From the NCBI GenBank assembly GCA_051859245.1, contig JBHYGA010000005.1, positions 288,001-352,000 of the forward strand: a stretch of DNA of 64,000 bases, read 5' to 3'. The DNA is from Gemmatimonadaceae bacterium (lineage in GTDB: Bacteria; Gemmatimonadota; Gemmatimonadetes; Gemmatimonadales; Gemmatimonadaceae). The notes beneath the pieces are model-generated. The model ran no database searches, was not told where the DNA came from, and saw only the letters and a list, made by a program, of their open reading frames with translations. The position numbers and the translations under genes were made by a program. Every line of letters starts with the position of its first letter. Position 1 is the stretch's first letter. Of the stretch, positions 27,369 to 36,833 are shown in pieces.

Positions 27369-28304
27369 TTACAGCGCGTTTTGTACGCCGCGCCGCCGCA
27401 CCCAACCGGCCGCGACGATGCCTGCGGCGAGTAGATACAGGGCAGACGGCTCGGGTACTGCTGGTGGTGGCTCAACTGGAGCGGAGGCACCACACACGTC
27501 CCCAAAGTTCGTGAACGTGCCGTCAGCGTCACCAAAACTGGTGTTGGTATCAAGGTAGCGATCGCAAAATGCGGCCACGCCAAAGTCAGCGCCGCTGAAC
27601 TGCGCATAGGTGGTGACACCCACCGTGTTGACCTCATTCACGTCGAACCACGCTTCCGTGAACGTGGAAAAGCGATACAGTCCGTCGCCACACGTCCACA
27701 CTTCGGTTGCGAAGATTGCGTCAATGCTCCCGCTGGCCGCGCCCACCCCACAGCCACCGATGTACTGCGTCGTGGTCAGCGCGGTCGCGTCGTCGTACAC
27801 GCCGAGCACGTTGATGAACGACAGAAAATTGTTGCTGGAGGAGCTGGTGCTGCTCTGCGCCGAGTGCCGCCAGCCGTCGCTGTAGATCGGATCGGGCGCC
27901 GGATAGCTGCTCACGTAGAAGAGCGGCGCGAGCAGTTGCGCGTCGTCGATCACGTCAACGGCACCGACGTTCCCGATCTCCGCGCCAGCGTACGAAAAAA
28001 AGAAGCCGGTGAGCGCGCTTCGGAGCGCCGCGTCAGCGGTCGTGCCCTCATTGTGCCGCACATCTATATCAACGCCGGTCCCAATGCGCGCGCCGCCGTC
28101 ATTGAACAGGGCCGTGGTGGTGAGCTCCAGCCACGTGCACGACTGGACGCCCACCGTGAAGCAGCTTTGAAAACTTCGCGTCTGGGCCTGCGCCGATGCG
28201 GCCGAAACCAGCATTGCAATCGCCAGGCCCAGGCACCGTGCCCATGCGGGCACGTGCATCGATCGGGTCTGCCCGCAATCCGCGGGGTGAGTGGTCGAAG
28301 ACAT
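27369..28304 (-). CDS. PEP-CTERM sorting-domain surface protein
   Basis: Signal peptide (AQA-Q), C-terminal VPEPSALYLLAAGIVAAGWVRRR. Confidence 0.88.
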   Translation of the reverse strand: MSSTTHPADCGQTRSMHVPAWARCLGLAIAMLVSAASAQAQTRSFQSCFTVGVQSCTWLELTTTALFNDGGARIGTGVDIDVRHNEGTTADAALRSALTGFFFSYAGAEIGNVGAVDVIDDAQLLAPLFYVSSYPAPDPIYSDGWRHSAQSSTSSSSNNFLSFINVLGVYDDATALTTTQYIGGCGVGAASGSIDAIFATEVWTCGDGLYRFSTFTEAWFDVNEVNTVGVTTYAQFSGADFGVAAFCDRYLDTNTSFGDADGTFTNFGDVCGASAPVEPPPAVPEPSALYLLAAGIVAAGWVRRRGVQNAL

Positions 28305-28774
28305 CAGCGACCGTCCGTGGGCGACAGATGCTGTCGGACGACCTGAAGGTGCAGCGCCAGCGCGCCCCGATCGGCTTCGTCAATGAGTAATGCACTTTGC
28401 GAGTACTGGAGGGCGAGCTCAGCGTCATACACGGCTGCGGCCAGCGTCTCGCGCGTGCCGTGCTGCAGCGCACGGTGCAGCACGGTGAAGGCCACGGCAA
28501 CGGGCGCGTCGGCCGGAGTGTCGCCGAGTACGCGCGTGCGCGCGTCGCCAATCAGATCCGACAACACGCCGCGTTGCATTGTGAGCAGCGGCAGCTGAGC
28601 CGATACCTCGGCGAGCGGTTCGGGCGCCACCGGTGACGTGTCGGTGCAGGCACCCAGCCCACCTGCGAGCAGGGCGAACGAGAGCGCGAGTCGGCGCGCC
28701 GACACGTGATGAGACACGGCCGCTGACGCCGAATCGACCGGCGGAAGTGGAGCGGGCAATAGTGAAGCAGACAT
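28304..28774 (-). CDS. Hypothetical lipoprotein
   Basis: Lipobox LGA-C. Stop overlaps the PEP-CTERM start. Confidence 0.65.
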   Translation of the reverse strand: MSASLLPAPLPPVDSASAAVSHHVSARRLALSFALLAGGLGACTDTSPVAPEPLAEVSAQLPLLTMQRGVLSDLIGDARTRVLGDTPADAPVAVAFTVLHRALQHGTRETLAAAVYDAELALQYSQSALLIDEADRGALALHLQVVRQHLSPTDGR

Positions 28775-28817
28775 GGGATTCCTGGATAGGGAGTGACGCG
28801 CGTGCGGCCGTGTACAC

Positions 28818-28967
28818 GAACGGCCAGAGGGACGCGGACAAGGTCGTGCGCGCCATCGCCGCCGCGTCACCTGATTCTCACTCCGCTCTCATCCGGAGGA
28901 AAAACAAGCTGGTGATAGGCAGGAGAAGGGCTCGGCGAGCTTGTTGTCCGTTCGCCCGGGCCACTTC
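28818..28967. promoter_or_regulatory. Divergent promoter region with two TTGTCCG-N14-TTC elements and 11-bp-phased repeats
   Basis: Minus-strand element starts at 28841 and plus-strand element at 28944. TCAY occurs at 28867, 28878 and 28889. Confidence 0.45.
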
Positions 28968-29006
28968 CGGCCAGCTCGTTATCACCACTCGTTCAAGGAC
29001 TTCCGT

Positions 29007-30545
29007 ATGTCTTCCAACAGCTCGAAGCAGAGCACGCGATGGTTGTTCGCTCTTTCCGCGTCGGTACTTGGCGCGATGCTGCCGACCGCTCCGGTGTCGG
29101 CTCAGGCCGTGCTCACCGCCTGTTACGTGCCGGCTTCCGGTACCGTCTATCGCATCAAGGTCACGAACACCCCGACCAAATGTTTGCAGCCCACGCATGT
29201 GGAGTTCAGCTGGACCGACGGCGCGGAAGCCGCCGCGTCGCTGCAGAACGCGGTCAAAAAGACAGACGTGGCGGCCGGTGATGTCACGGGTGTGTTCAGT
29301 AACCTCACGGTTGGCAAGTTGCTGGGCCGGACGCTGGCCACGACGCCGCCCACTGATGGGCAGATGTTGGTGTGGAATGCCAGTGCGTCCGCGTGGGAGC
29401 CGAAGACGGTTGCGGCCGGTGGTGGTGGTGGTACGTCAGACCATGGTGCGCTCACCGGACTCGCCGACGACGACCACGCACAGTACCTGCTGAGCAACGG
29501 GGTGAGACAGAGCAGCGGTTTTGCGGTGCGGTCGGAGTTTGGCGATGGGCTTCCCGTGATTGACGGCACGGGCACAGGATCGGGATTCCTGTGGTATGGC
29601 GACAAAGGCGCGTTGCGCGCAGGAGTTTCGGGGGTTAACCCCTGGAGTGCCGCGCTCATTGGAAGGTCGTCGACGTCGTTCGGAGAGTCGAACCTGGCGT
29701 CGGGAGAGGCCTCGGTGACTATTGGTCTGGGCTCGACGGCTACCTCCTTCGCGAGCGTGGCACTGGGTAACAACGCCAACGCAACGGCCGCGAATGCGGT
29801 AGCGATCGGTCGCGCCGCAGCAGCCTCAGGCGAAGAGGCCATCGCGCTGTCGCGCGGTACGGCCAGCGGCTATAGCTCGCTCGCGTGGGGTGACTTTGGT
29901 GTCGCCACCAGCGCTGGGGCGCTGGCGTTTAACGGAAGGGCCACAGGTGCAAGCAGCATGGCGTTCGGATATCGCTCGGACACGGATGGAAAGACGGGCA
30001 GCGTGGTGTTTGCGGTAGCAGGTGGCTTGAACTCATCAATCCGGCCCGCGACTGCCGGCCAGTTCGTAATCTCCGCGCCGCACATTTTTCTCGGTCATAA
30101 CGCCGACCCCGTCGCCACACTTGATCGCTTCATCGAAACCGGCCCCGGCGCATATCTCACCTCGGGTGGCGTGTGGACGAACGTGTCCGACTCAACCAAA
30201 AAGACCGCGTTCCGCGCGGTGAACGGCGAGCAAGTGCTCACCAAGCTGGCCACGCTCCCGGTCTACACGTGGCAGTACGCGGCCGAGTCGGATTCCGTAC
30301 GTCACATGGGCCCCACGGCGCAGGCGTTCCGCAAAGCATTCGGTTTGGGCGACAGCGAGCGCGCCATCAGCACTGTCGACATTGACGGTGTGGCCATTGC
30401 CGGCGTACAGGCGCTCGAGCAGCGTACGCGCGCCTCGCACGCTCGCATCGCAACACTCGAGCGGGAGAACGCCGAACTCGCGGCCCGCCTTGCACAGCTG
30501 GAAGCGCTCGTGGCCAACATGGTCGGCTCCTCCACTCGGCGATAG
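29007..30545 (+). CDS. Secreted trimeric fibre/adhesin with YadA-head-like repeats and C-terminal intramolecular chaperone (peptidase S74)
   Basis: Signal peptide (VSA-Q), repeated ASG..S.A.G motifs, WTNVSDSTKK, HMGPTAQAF, terminal coiled coil. AAGGA SD. Confidence 0.85.
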   Translation: MSSNSSKQSTRWLFALSASVLGAMLPTAPVSAQAVLTACYVPASGTVYRIKVTNTPTKCLQPTHVEFSWTDGAEAAASLQNAVKKTDVAAGDVTGVFSNLTVGKLLGRTLATTPPTDGQMLVWNASASAWEPKTVAAGGGGGTSDHGALTGLADDDHAQYLLSNGVRQSSGFAVRSEFGDGLPVIDGTGTGSGFLWYGDKGALRAGVSGVNPWSAALIGRSSTSFGESNLASGEASVTIGLGSTATSFASVALGNNANATAANAVAIGRAAAASGEEAIALSRGTASGYSSLAWGDFGVATSAGALAFNGRATGASSMAFGYRSDTDGKTGSVVFAVAGGLNSSIRPATAGQFVISAPHIFLGHNADPVATLDRFIETGPGAYLTSGGVWTNVSDSTKKTAFRAVNGEQVLTKLATLPVYTWQYAAESDSVRHMGPTAQAFRKAFGLGDSERAISTVDIDGVAIAGVQALEQRTRASHARIATLERENAELAARLAQLEALVANMVGSSTRR

Positions 30546-30551
30546 TCGCTC

Positions 30552-30983
30552 ATGACCGCTGACCAGATCGCGACGATTCGCTCCACCTGGTCGTTGATCG
30601 GCGCCACCACCGACTCGGTGGCGCCACTTTTCTACGACCGGCTGTTCACGAATGCGCCAGAGTTACGCGCGCTCTTCATACACGCGGATATCGCGTCGCA
30701 GGGCGAGAAGTTGCGTCAGACCATTGCCGTGGTGGTGCACAGCCTCGACGACTTGTCGCGCATCCTGCCAGCCGTCGAAGCGCTTGGTCGCAGACACGGC
30801 GGCTACGGTGTGCGCGACGAACACTACGCAATTGTTGCGACGGCGCTGCTCGATACGTTTGCCGATGTGCTCGGTGACGCGTTCTCCGAGCCGGCGCGTG
30901 AGTCGTGGACGCTCGCCCTCAACACGCTCGCTGGTGTCATGCAGCACGCCACGCACCGCGTCGATATTCCGGTCGTGTCGTGA
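30552..30983 (+). CDS. Single-domain globin
   Basis: FYDRLFTNAPELRALF, QGEKL, LGRRHGGYGV (proximal His), HYAIVATALL. Confidence 0.92.
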   Translation: MTADQIATIRSTWSLIGATTDSVAPLFYDRLFTNAPELRALFIHADIASQGEKLRQTIAVVVHSLDDLSRILPAVEALGRRHGGYGVRDEHYAIVATALLDTFADVLGDAFSEPARESWTLALNTLAGVMQHATHRVDIPVVS

Positions 30984-31393
30984 GCGCCGTCGAAGAACAC
31001 GCGGCGCTTGCCCTGGTTTGTGACGCAGCGGAACAGTTGCGGAACAGCATGACGAGCGCCTGGACTGTTCGGCTCGCGACGCTGCTGCAGTCGCACTCGT
31101 CGGTCATTCCCGTACCGCGTGTGGAGGCGCTCGCCGATGAATGGATGGCGCTCTTGCTGGCAATTCTGCGTCAGCCGTCTGACCACCCGATCGTCGTGGC
31201 TCGCATCACGGAGCTGTTCATGTGGGGGCGTTCGCATGAGATCCCCTCGGGCGTGCACGCGCCGGCCGTACAAGCCCTGGCGTGGGCCTTTCGAGACGTA
31301 CTGCTCGACCGATTCCCGGCCGTTGCGGCCGCGGCCATGCACCACCACGAATCGCTCATCGCGCGGCTGGCCAGTCGCGTGACGCCGCCGTGA
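30980..31393 (+). CDS. Degenerate globin-fold protein lacking the proximal His
   Basis: GTGA overlap with the globin stop. The F-H helix region aligns without gaps to the upstream globin. Confidence 0.6.
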   Translation: MSAVEEHAALALVCDAAEQLRNSMTSAWTVRLATLLQSHSSVIPVPRVEALADEWMALLLAILRQPSDHPIVVARITELFMWGRSHEIPSGVHAPAVQALAWAFRDVLLDRFPAVAAAAMHHHESLIARLASRVTPP

Positions 31394-31505
31394 CCTGCCC
31401 CCTGCACTCAGGCCGGCGGCGTGACTTTCGCCAAGCCGCGCATGAGGTCATGATGTTGTGGCGCCAGAGCATCCGAGCGCGCATTCGACCCGATCACTCG
31501 TGTAC

Positions 31506-34478
31506 ATGAATCGGCTGGTCACGTTCGGCGGCTGTGCCGTCGTCTCTACAACCGGTGAAGTCAAGGGCGCGGCCACGCAGCAGCGTCGTTTGGCGATTCT
31601 CGCGGTGCTGGCGCGCGCGGGTGAACGTGGTGTCTCGCGTTCAACCTTGTTGTCCCTGTTCTGGCCCGATGAGCCGGATGAAGAGCGCGGGCGCAAGGCG
31701 CTGTCGCAGGCCACGTACGCGCTGCGACGCGATCTGGGCGATGAGCGCGTCATTGTCGGGACGCACGAACTTCGGTTGGACACGGAGTACTTGCAAACCG
31801 ATGTGGGAGAGTTTGCGGCGCATATGCGTAGTGGGCGATTCGCTGACGCCGTCGCGCTGTACGATGGTCCGTTCCTCGATGGGTTTCATCTGGTGGGTGC
31901 GCCAGCGTTCGAACGTTGGGCCGAAGAAGAACGGCGCGTACTGGAGCGCGACTTCGGCAAAGCGCTCGAGAAGCTCGCGAACGAGGCCGAGCAACAGGGT
32001 CGACGCGAAGAGGTCGTGCAACTCCGGAGAAAGCTGGCTGCGGTTGATCCGCTCGATTCACGCACCACGCTGCTCCTGATGCGCGCGCTCGCGGCCAACG
32101 GGGAAATGACCGCCGCGATTCGGCAAGCCGCGATTCACGAAACGCTGATCCAACAGGAGCTTGAACTTCCGCCGGATCGCGAAGTGGTGGCGTACGCAGC
32201 CACACTGCGCGAACAGTTGGCGCGCGGTGAGGTGACGGCCGTGCCAGCATCGGCGGCAGCACCGGCGCCAGCATCAGCACCAGCACCAGCACCGGAACCA
32301 GCACCAACACCAGCACCAGCACCAGAGCCGGCGCCGGTATCAACACCAGCACCAGTCACTGCGCCAGTAATTGCGCCGGAACCACGTCACGCCCCGCCGT
32401 CGCGATTTGCCTTTCGCCCGCGCGTCGCCGTGCTCATCGCGATGCTCCTGCTCACGGTTGCATGGGCCGGCTGGAGTAGTCGGGACGCTGACAGCGGAGC
32501 CAAGAGCGATACCACGCTGCGCGCTGTGAACCGCGAAGGCACTGTCCCCAATATTGCCGTCGGTCTCATCGCCGATTTTCGCGAGGGAAGTGCCGGTCCG
32601 GTGCGCTCACTCGCGTCGCTGCTGGCCACGAGTCTGGCGCGCGGCGATGGGTTGCGCGTGGTCAGTGCGGCGCGGTTAAGTGAACTGTTGTATCAGGGTG
32701 GAACAGGCGACAGTACCGAAGCCGCATACATTGCAGCGGCTCGAAAGGCAGGCGCCGAAGAACTCATTGATGGTTCGCTGTACGATCCTGGTGATGGTTC
32801 GCTGCGCCTCGATCTTCGGCGTGTCAACGTGTCGTCGGGCGAGGTGGTCGCAGCGGTCACCATTCGTGCGTCAGATCTGTTCGCATTGGCCGACAGCGGC
32901 ACGGCGCGACTGCTCGATGGACTTGGTGTGCCGCCGCTGCAGGGCTCGGTGCGGGAAGTCACGACCTCATCAGCATCGGCGTTGCGTTTCTTCGCCGAAG
33001 GCGTGCGCGCGAGCGCGGCGTACGATGTGGAAGGCGCGCGTCGACTCTTTGGCGAAGCAATTCGTGAAGACTCGCTGTTCGCGATGGCAATGTACGAGTA
33101 CGCGCGTGCGAATCCGAATCGCGCGGAGCTCGCCGAAGAAATGGAGCGTGCGCTGCGACTGTCCCGTCGCGCCACCGTGCGCGAGCGCTTGATCATTCAG
33201 GCGGGCTGGGCGTCGATCATGCAGCTTCCCGGGCTGACCGAGACCGCCGACTCGTTGCTCGACATCAATCCGAACGATCCGCAGGCCCTGTTGTTCGCCG
33301 CAGAAGGTCGTTTGAACACGGGCGATCCTGAAGGAGCGCATCCGTTACTGCTGCGTGCAATCGCGAACGATTCACTGGCGCTTCGCGCCGAGCGCGGGCC
33401 CAACTGTTACGCCTGCGAAGCCGTGCTGCTGCAAATGCGCGCGTTTCTCGACCAGAACGATCCCGATGCCGCGGTTCGCGCGGGCAAGAAGTGGGTCGAT
33501 GTGCAGCCGTTGTCCGCCGACGCGTGGGGCGCCTATTCTCGCGTACTCGACTTCACTGGTCGGCTTTCGGAAGGCGAGCGCGCATTGCAGCGTGCACTGG
33601 CACTGAATCCCGCGTATCCATCCGGGTTTGTGCGACGCATCAGCAACCTGCTGCGAGGGGCGCGTTTTGCCGAAGCCGAGCAGCTCGCCCGCGAGCAAAC
33701 GACATTGGCCACGGCGGATCAGCGACTCGATGGCTGGTGGCAGCTCACCACGATCTTGCGACATCAGGGTCGCATGCGCGAAGCACTGCAAACGGCCATG
33801 CGATTTCGCGCGCTGCGTGACACGGTCGACGGTGGAAGGATGGCGCTCAATCACGCGTATGTGCCAGCCCTTGTGCTGCATGACGCTGGGCAGACGCGCG
33901 CTTCGATCGCGGTGTTTGATTCCATGGCGTCTGGCGCGATTCGGCCAGGTGAGCATCAGGCGAATGTGCGTCGGCTGCGCACCATCTCACTCACTGCTGC
34001 GGCCGATCTGCTGGCGCAACTTGGTGATACCGCATCATTGTCGGTGCGACTACGTGATATCGAAGCAGCCGGTCGCGAAAGCGGTGTTGCACGTGATACG
34101 CGCGCACATCATTACGTGCGCGGATTGTTGTATCGCGCGAGGGGACAAACAGACCAGGCAATCAGCGCGTGGCGCGCTGCGGTGGCACCGCCGCTGCGCG
34201 GCTATCACTCGCGAATCAATCTGGAACTGGCGCACGCGCTGCTGGCAAAGAATGAGCCAGAGGAAGCGATCCGCGTCATCCAGCCAATCATGCGTGATGT
34301 TGTAGACGGCATTGCGGTGACCCACACCGAAATGCACGAACTACTCGCGCTCGCACACGCAGCGGCCGGCCGCCGTGACTCCGCGATGGTGCATCGGGAT
34401 TGGGTGACCAGAGCCTGGTCGAAGGGTGAACCGGCGTTTCGTACGCGCGCGCAGCGGTTGGCGGAGCGGGTGCGCTAG
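31506..34478 (+). CDS. SARP-like wHTH-BTAD transcriptional activator with TM and TPR sensor region
   Basis: RRLAILAVLA...SRSTLLSLFWPD...ALSQATYALRRDLG, LYDGPFLDGF, BTAD, Pro/Ala linker, TM, TolB-like and TPR region. Confidence 0.88.
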   Translation: MNRLVTFGGCAVVSTTGEVKGAATQQRRLAILAVLARAGERGVSRSTLLSLFWPDEPDEERGRKALSQATYALRRDLGDERVIVGTHELRLDTEYLQTDVGEFAAHMRSGRFADAVALYDGPFLDGFHLVGAPAFERWAEEERRVLERDFGKALEKLANEAEQQGRREEVVQLRRKLAAVDPLDSRTTLLLMRALAANGEMTAAIRQAAIHETLIQQELELPPDREVVAYAATLREQLARGEVTAVPASAAAPAPASAPAPAPEPAPTPAPAPEPAPVSTPAPVTAPVIAPEPRHAPPSRFAFRPRVAVLIAMLLLTVAWAGWSSRDADSGAKSDTTLRAVNREGTVPNIAVGLIADFREGSAGPVRSLASLLATSLARGDGLRVVSAARLSELLYQGGTGDSTEAAYIAAARKAGAEELIDGSLYDPGDGSLRLDLRRVNVSSGEVVAAVTIRASDLFALADSGTARLLDGLGVPPLQGSVREVTTSSASALRFFAEGVRASAAYDVEGARRLFGEAIREDSLFAMAMYEYARANPNRAELAEEMERALRLSRRATVRERLIIQAGWASIMQLPGLTETADSLLDINPNDPQALLFAAEGRLNTGDPEGAHPLLLRAIANDSLALRAERGPNCYACEAVLLQMRAFLDQNDPDAAVRAGKKWVDVQPLSADAWGAYSRVLDFTGRLSEGERALQRALALNPAYPSGFVRRISNLLRGARFAEAEQLAREQTTLATADQRLDGWWQLTTILRHQGRMREALQTAMRFRALRDTVDGGRMALNHAYVPALVLHDAGQTRASIAVFDSMASGAIRPGEHQANVRRLRTISLTAAADLLAQLGDTASLSVRLRDIEAAGRESGVARDTRAHHYVRGLLYRARGQTDQAISAWRAAVAPPLRGYHSRINLELAHALLAKNEPEEAIRVIQPIMRDVVDGIAVTHTEMHELLALAHAAAGRRDSAMVHRDWVTRAWSKGEPAFRTRAQRLAERVR
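32259..32385 (+). repeat. Degenerate (CAGCAC)n hexamer repeat encoding a Pro-Ala linker
   Basis: Encodes APAPASAPAPAPEPAPTPAPAPEPAPVSTPAP. Confidence 0.8.
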
Positions 34479-34484
34479 TAAGCG

Positions 34485-35018
34485 CTATGCTCCACCAAAC
34501 GCCGCCGCAGCAAACAACAGGATTGCCACGAACACAGCGATCGCACTCTTGATCGCCGATGCCATCGCGCGGCCGAGCAGTGCACCAGTGGCCGCGCGCG
34601 CAGGATCGCCGCGTGTCTCGCGTGCGGTGAGCCACTCACCAATGAAGGCGCCAGCAAACGTGCCGATGAATGCGGCCACCAGTGAACCAAGCACCGGCAC
34701 TGGCACACCAATGATCGCACCGGCTATACCACCAACGATCGCGCCCCACGCGGCCCGCTTTGATCCGCCGTACTTGCGCGTGTATCGTCCGGACACCGTA
34801 AACTCGAGGACTTCGGCGCACACCACGAGTACTGCGGCGATCAGAAAGGTCACCAGACCGATGCCTCCGGTTGGCACCAGCATCCAGTAGAACAGACCAG
34901 CGCCGAGCATCACCCACAAGCCCGGTAAGCCGATCGGTACGAGCACGAGTGCGCCAAAGAGACTCGCACCAAGCAGTGTCAGCGCAACGCCGGTCGAAAG
35001 TGTTGAGAGAGCGTCCAT
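34485..35018 (-). CDS. DUF456-family membrane protein
   Basis: GLPGLW, KYGGSKRAAWGAIVGGIAG, GTFAGAFIGE. Confidence 0.85.
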   Translation of the reverse strand: MDALSTLSTGVALTLLGASLFGALVLVPIGLPGLWVMLGAGLFYWMLVPTGGIGLVTFLIAAVLVVCAEVLEFTVSGRYTRKYGGSKRAAWGAIVGGIAGAIIGVPVPVLGSLVAAFIGTFAGAFIGEWLTARETRGDPARAATGALLGRAMASAIKSAIAVFVAILLFAAAAFGGA

Positions 35019-35090
35019 ATCATGCCGTACGTGCGCAGGACGCCCGCGGGTTCAGTTCACAGCCGGCGCGGCTCGGCGATAAGTTGGAGC

Positions 35091-35756
35091 ATGCGTCTCT
35101 CCCTGATCCCACTCGCGGCCATCGTCTTCGCTGCCACGGCGGCGTGCGGCTCGACAGAAACCGGCAACACGCAGTCAGAATCCAATCCCGCAGACGCGGC
35201 GCTGCTGAGCCCCGATCCGGCAGCACTGACCGCCGCAGCACCGGATTCATTCACTGTAACGTTTGTCACAAGCGCGGGCGATGTGGACGTGCTGGTACAC
35301 CGGCGTTGGTCGCCGCGCGGTGCTGATCGACTGCACTATCTGGCGTCGCACGGATTCTTCAACGGTGCGCGCTTCTTTCGTGTGGTGCCGGGTTTTGCGG
35401 TGCAGTTCGGTTTGAGTGGTCGCCCCGATGTGGATGCGGCCTTTGAAAAGCTGGAGTTTGAAGACGAACCCGTGAAGGTCAGTAACCGTCGCGGCACGCT
35501 GGTCTTTGCCACGTCGGGGCCCAACACGCGATCCACGCAATTGTTCTTCAATCTCGTGGACAACGACTATCTCGACGATCAGGGGTTTTCGCCCGTCGGA
35601 GAAGTGGTGCAGGGAATGGATGCGGTGGATCGCATCAACCCGGAATATCTCGAACAATCCAACGTTCAGCGTCGCATATTGCGCGAGGGGAACGATTTCT
35701 TTCGCGCGCGATTCCCCGCACTCGACTCGGTGGTGAGCGTGAACATAAAGCCCTGA
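35091..35756 (+). CDS. Cyclophilin-type peptidyl-prolyl isomerase, lipoprotein
   Basis: Lipobox TAA-C, FFRVVPGFAVQFG, NTRSTQLFFNL, GEVVQGMDAVD. Confidence 0.92.
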   Translation: MRLSLIPLAAIVFAATAACGSTETGNTQSESNPADAALLSPDPAALTAAAPDSFTVTFVTSAGDVDVLVHRRWSPRGADRLHYLASHGFFNGARFFRVVPGFAVQFGLSGRPDVDAAFEKLEFEDEPVKVSNRRGTLVFATSGPNTRSTQLFFNLVDNDYLDDQGFSPVGEVVQGMDAVDRINPEYLEQSNVQRRILREGNDFFRARFPALDSVVSVNIKP

Positions 35757-36283
35757 GGGCTGACGCTGAACTGCACATCGTTCCACGCTTCGTACTTGAT
35801 CAGGGAGCCCACGATCCCGCCAATGGCGAGGCCGGCAACGGTCGCGGTCACGGCTTCCGGGCCAACGGAAATAGGCCCGATCCTGAGCCCACACCGCGGT
35901 TCCGTGTTTGCATCACACGGTCCTTGATTGTTGTTGCGCGGCTCACCGGTAGCGAGCCCTACAAGCACGCCGATCGTGAGGCCAACGCCGACGCCGTATT
36001 TCGTGGCGCGCGTGCGACCGCGACTGATATTGAGTCGTGACACATCACGAAGTGCAAAACGGGTCGAGCCGCCATTTTCCAGCGCCACCTGAATGGTGTC
36101 CGGTGACAGGGCATGGAACAGGCCGATCGTCGGCGTGCCAATCGCACCGCGCGGATCCATGGGCACCACACGTATGCGGTCCCCGCGCTCAAGCGACCAG
36201 ATGGAGACGGGTTGGGCCGAGAGTGGCGTGTGACACCACAGAGCGGCCACCACGAGTAGGCGTATCCGGATTGCGGCTGACAT
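35666..36283 (-). CDS. Hypothetical exported protein with Gly-rich hydrophobic segments
   Basis: Signal peptide (LSA-Q), GDRIRV SH3-like start, GVGVGLTIGVLVG and GLAIGGIVG segments. Confidence 0.6.
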   Translation of the reverse strand: MSAAIRIRLLVVAALWCHTPLSAQPVSIWSLERGDRIRVVPMDPRGAIGTPTIGLFHALSPDTIQVALENGGSTRFALRDVSRLNISRGRTRATKYGVGVGLTIGVLVGLATGEPRNNNQGPCDANTEPRCGLRIGPISVGPEAVTATVAGLAIGGIVGSLIKYEAWNDVQFSVSPQGFMFTLTTESSAGNRARKKSFPSRNMRR

Positions 36284-36507
36284 GAGAGGCGGCTCTGCGG
36301 TATCAGCAGAAGGGGAACACTGCATTGCGCACGCCAAATATTCGCCGCGCTGCATCACCGCGATATAGTGCGGTTGACGTATGCGCCGCCGCCTGATGAC
36401 GTAGCAAGCACGCGATTGCGTCCCAAGCGCTATCTTGGAGTGCGACGCGCTCACCGGCCCGTCCGTCTCCCGCGACATCACACGCGCCTCACGTCAGGAA
36501 ACGTCCC

Positions 36508-36813
36508 ATGTCACACAACGATTCGCACACCGCTGAGCACCGGTCCTGGGAATGGGACCTCGTGATGCAATTCGAAGAAGGCTCAATTCCAGCGAAGGCG
36601 TGGCACGAAGCAACGCTCGCGGTGGTCGCGACATGGTACGCGAAGAATCAACCGCGTGCTGAGGCGGAGGAACGTTACGCCAAGTATTACCACCGCAATC
36701 GTCGTCGGCTGTTGACGCGTCTGGATAATGCGTCCATCGATATGCCGGCGATTGAAGCGGTGGACGCGGTGTGGGAATCGCTGCTCACTCGCGTACTGCC
36801 GAACGTTGATTAG
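36508..36813 (+). CDS. Hypothetical protein
   Basis: AGGA upstream, natural amino-acid composition. Confidence 0.65.
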   Translation: MSHNDSHTAEHRSWEWDLVMQFEEGSIPAKAWHEATLAVVATWYAKNQPRAEAEERYAKYYHRNRRRLLTRLDNASIDMPAIEAVDAVWESLLTRVLPNVD

Positions 36814-36833
36814 TCCGGTGCCGCCCTCTTTAT

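Noticed and set aside
32259..32385. Tandem repeat as a possible CRISPR array or phase-variation tract
   Set aside because: It is an in-frame degenerate hexamer encoding a Pro-Ala linker, with no spacers.
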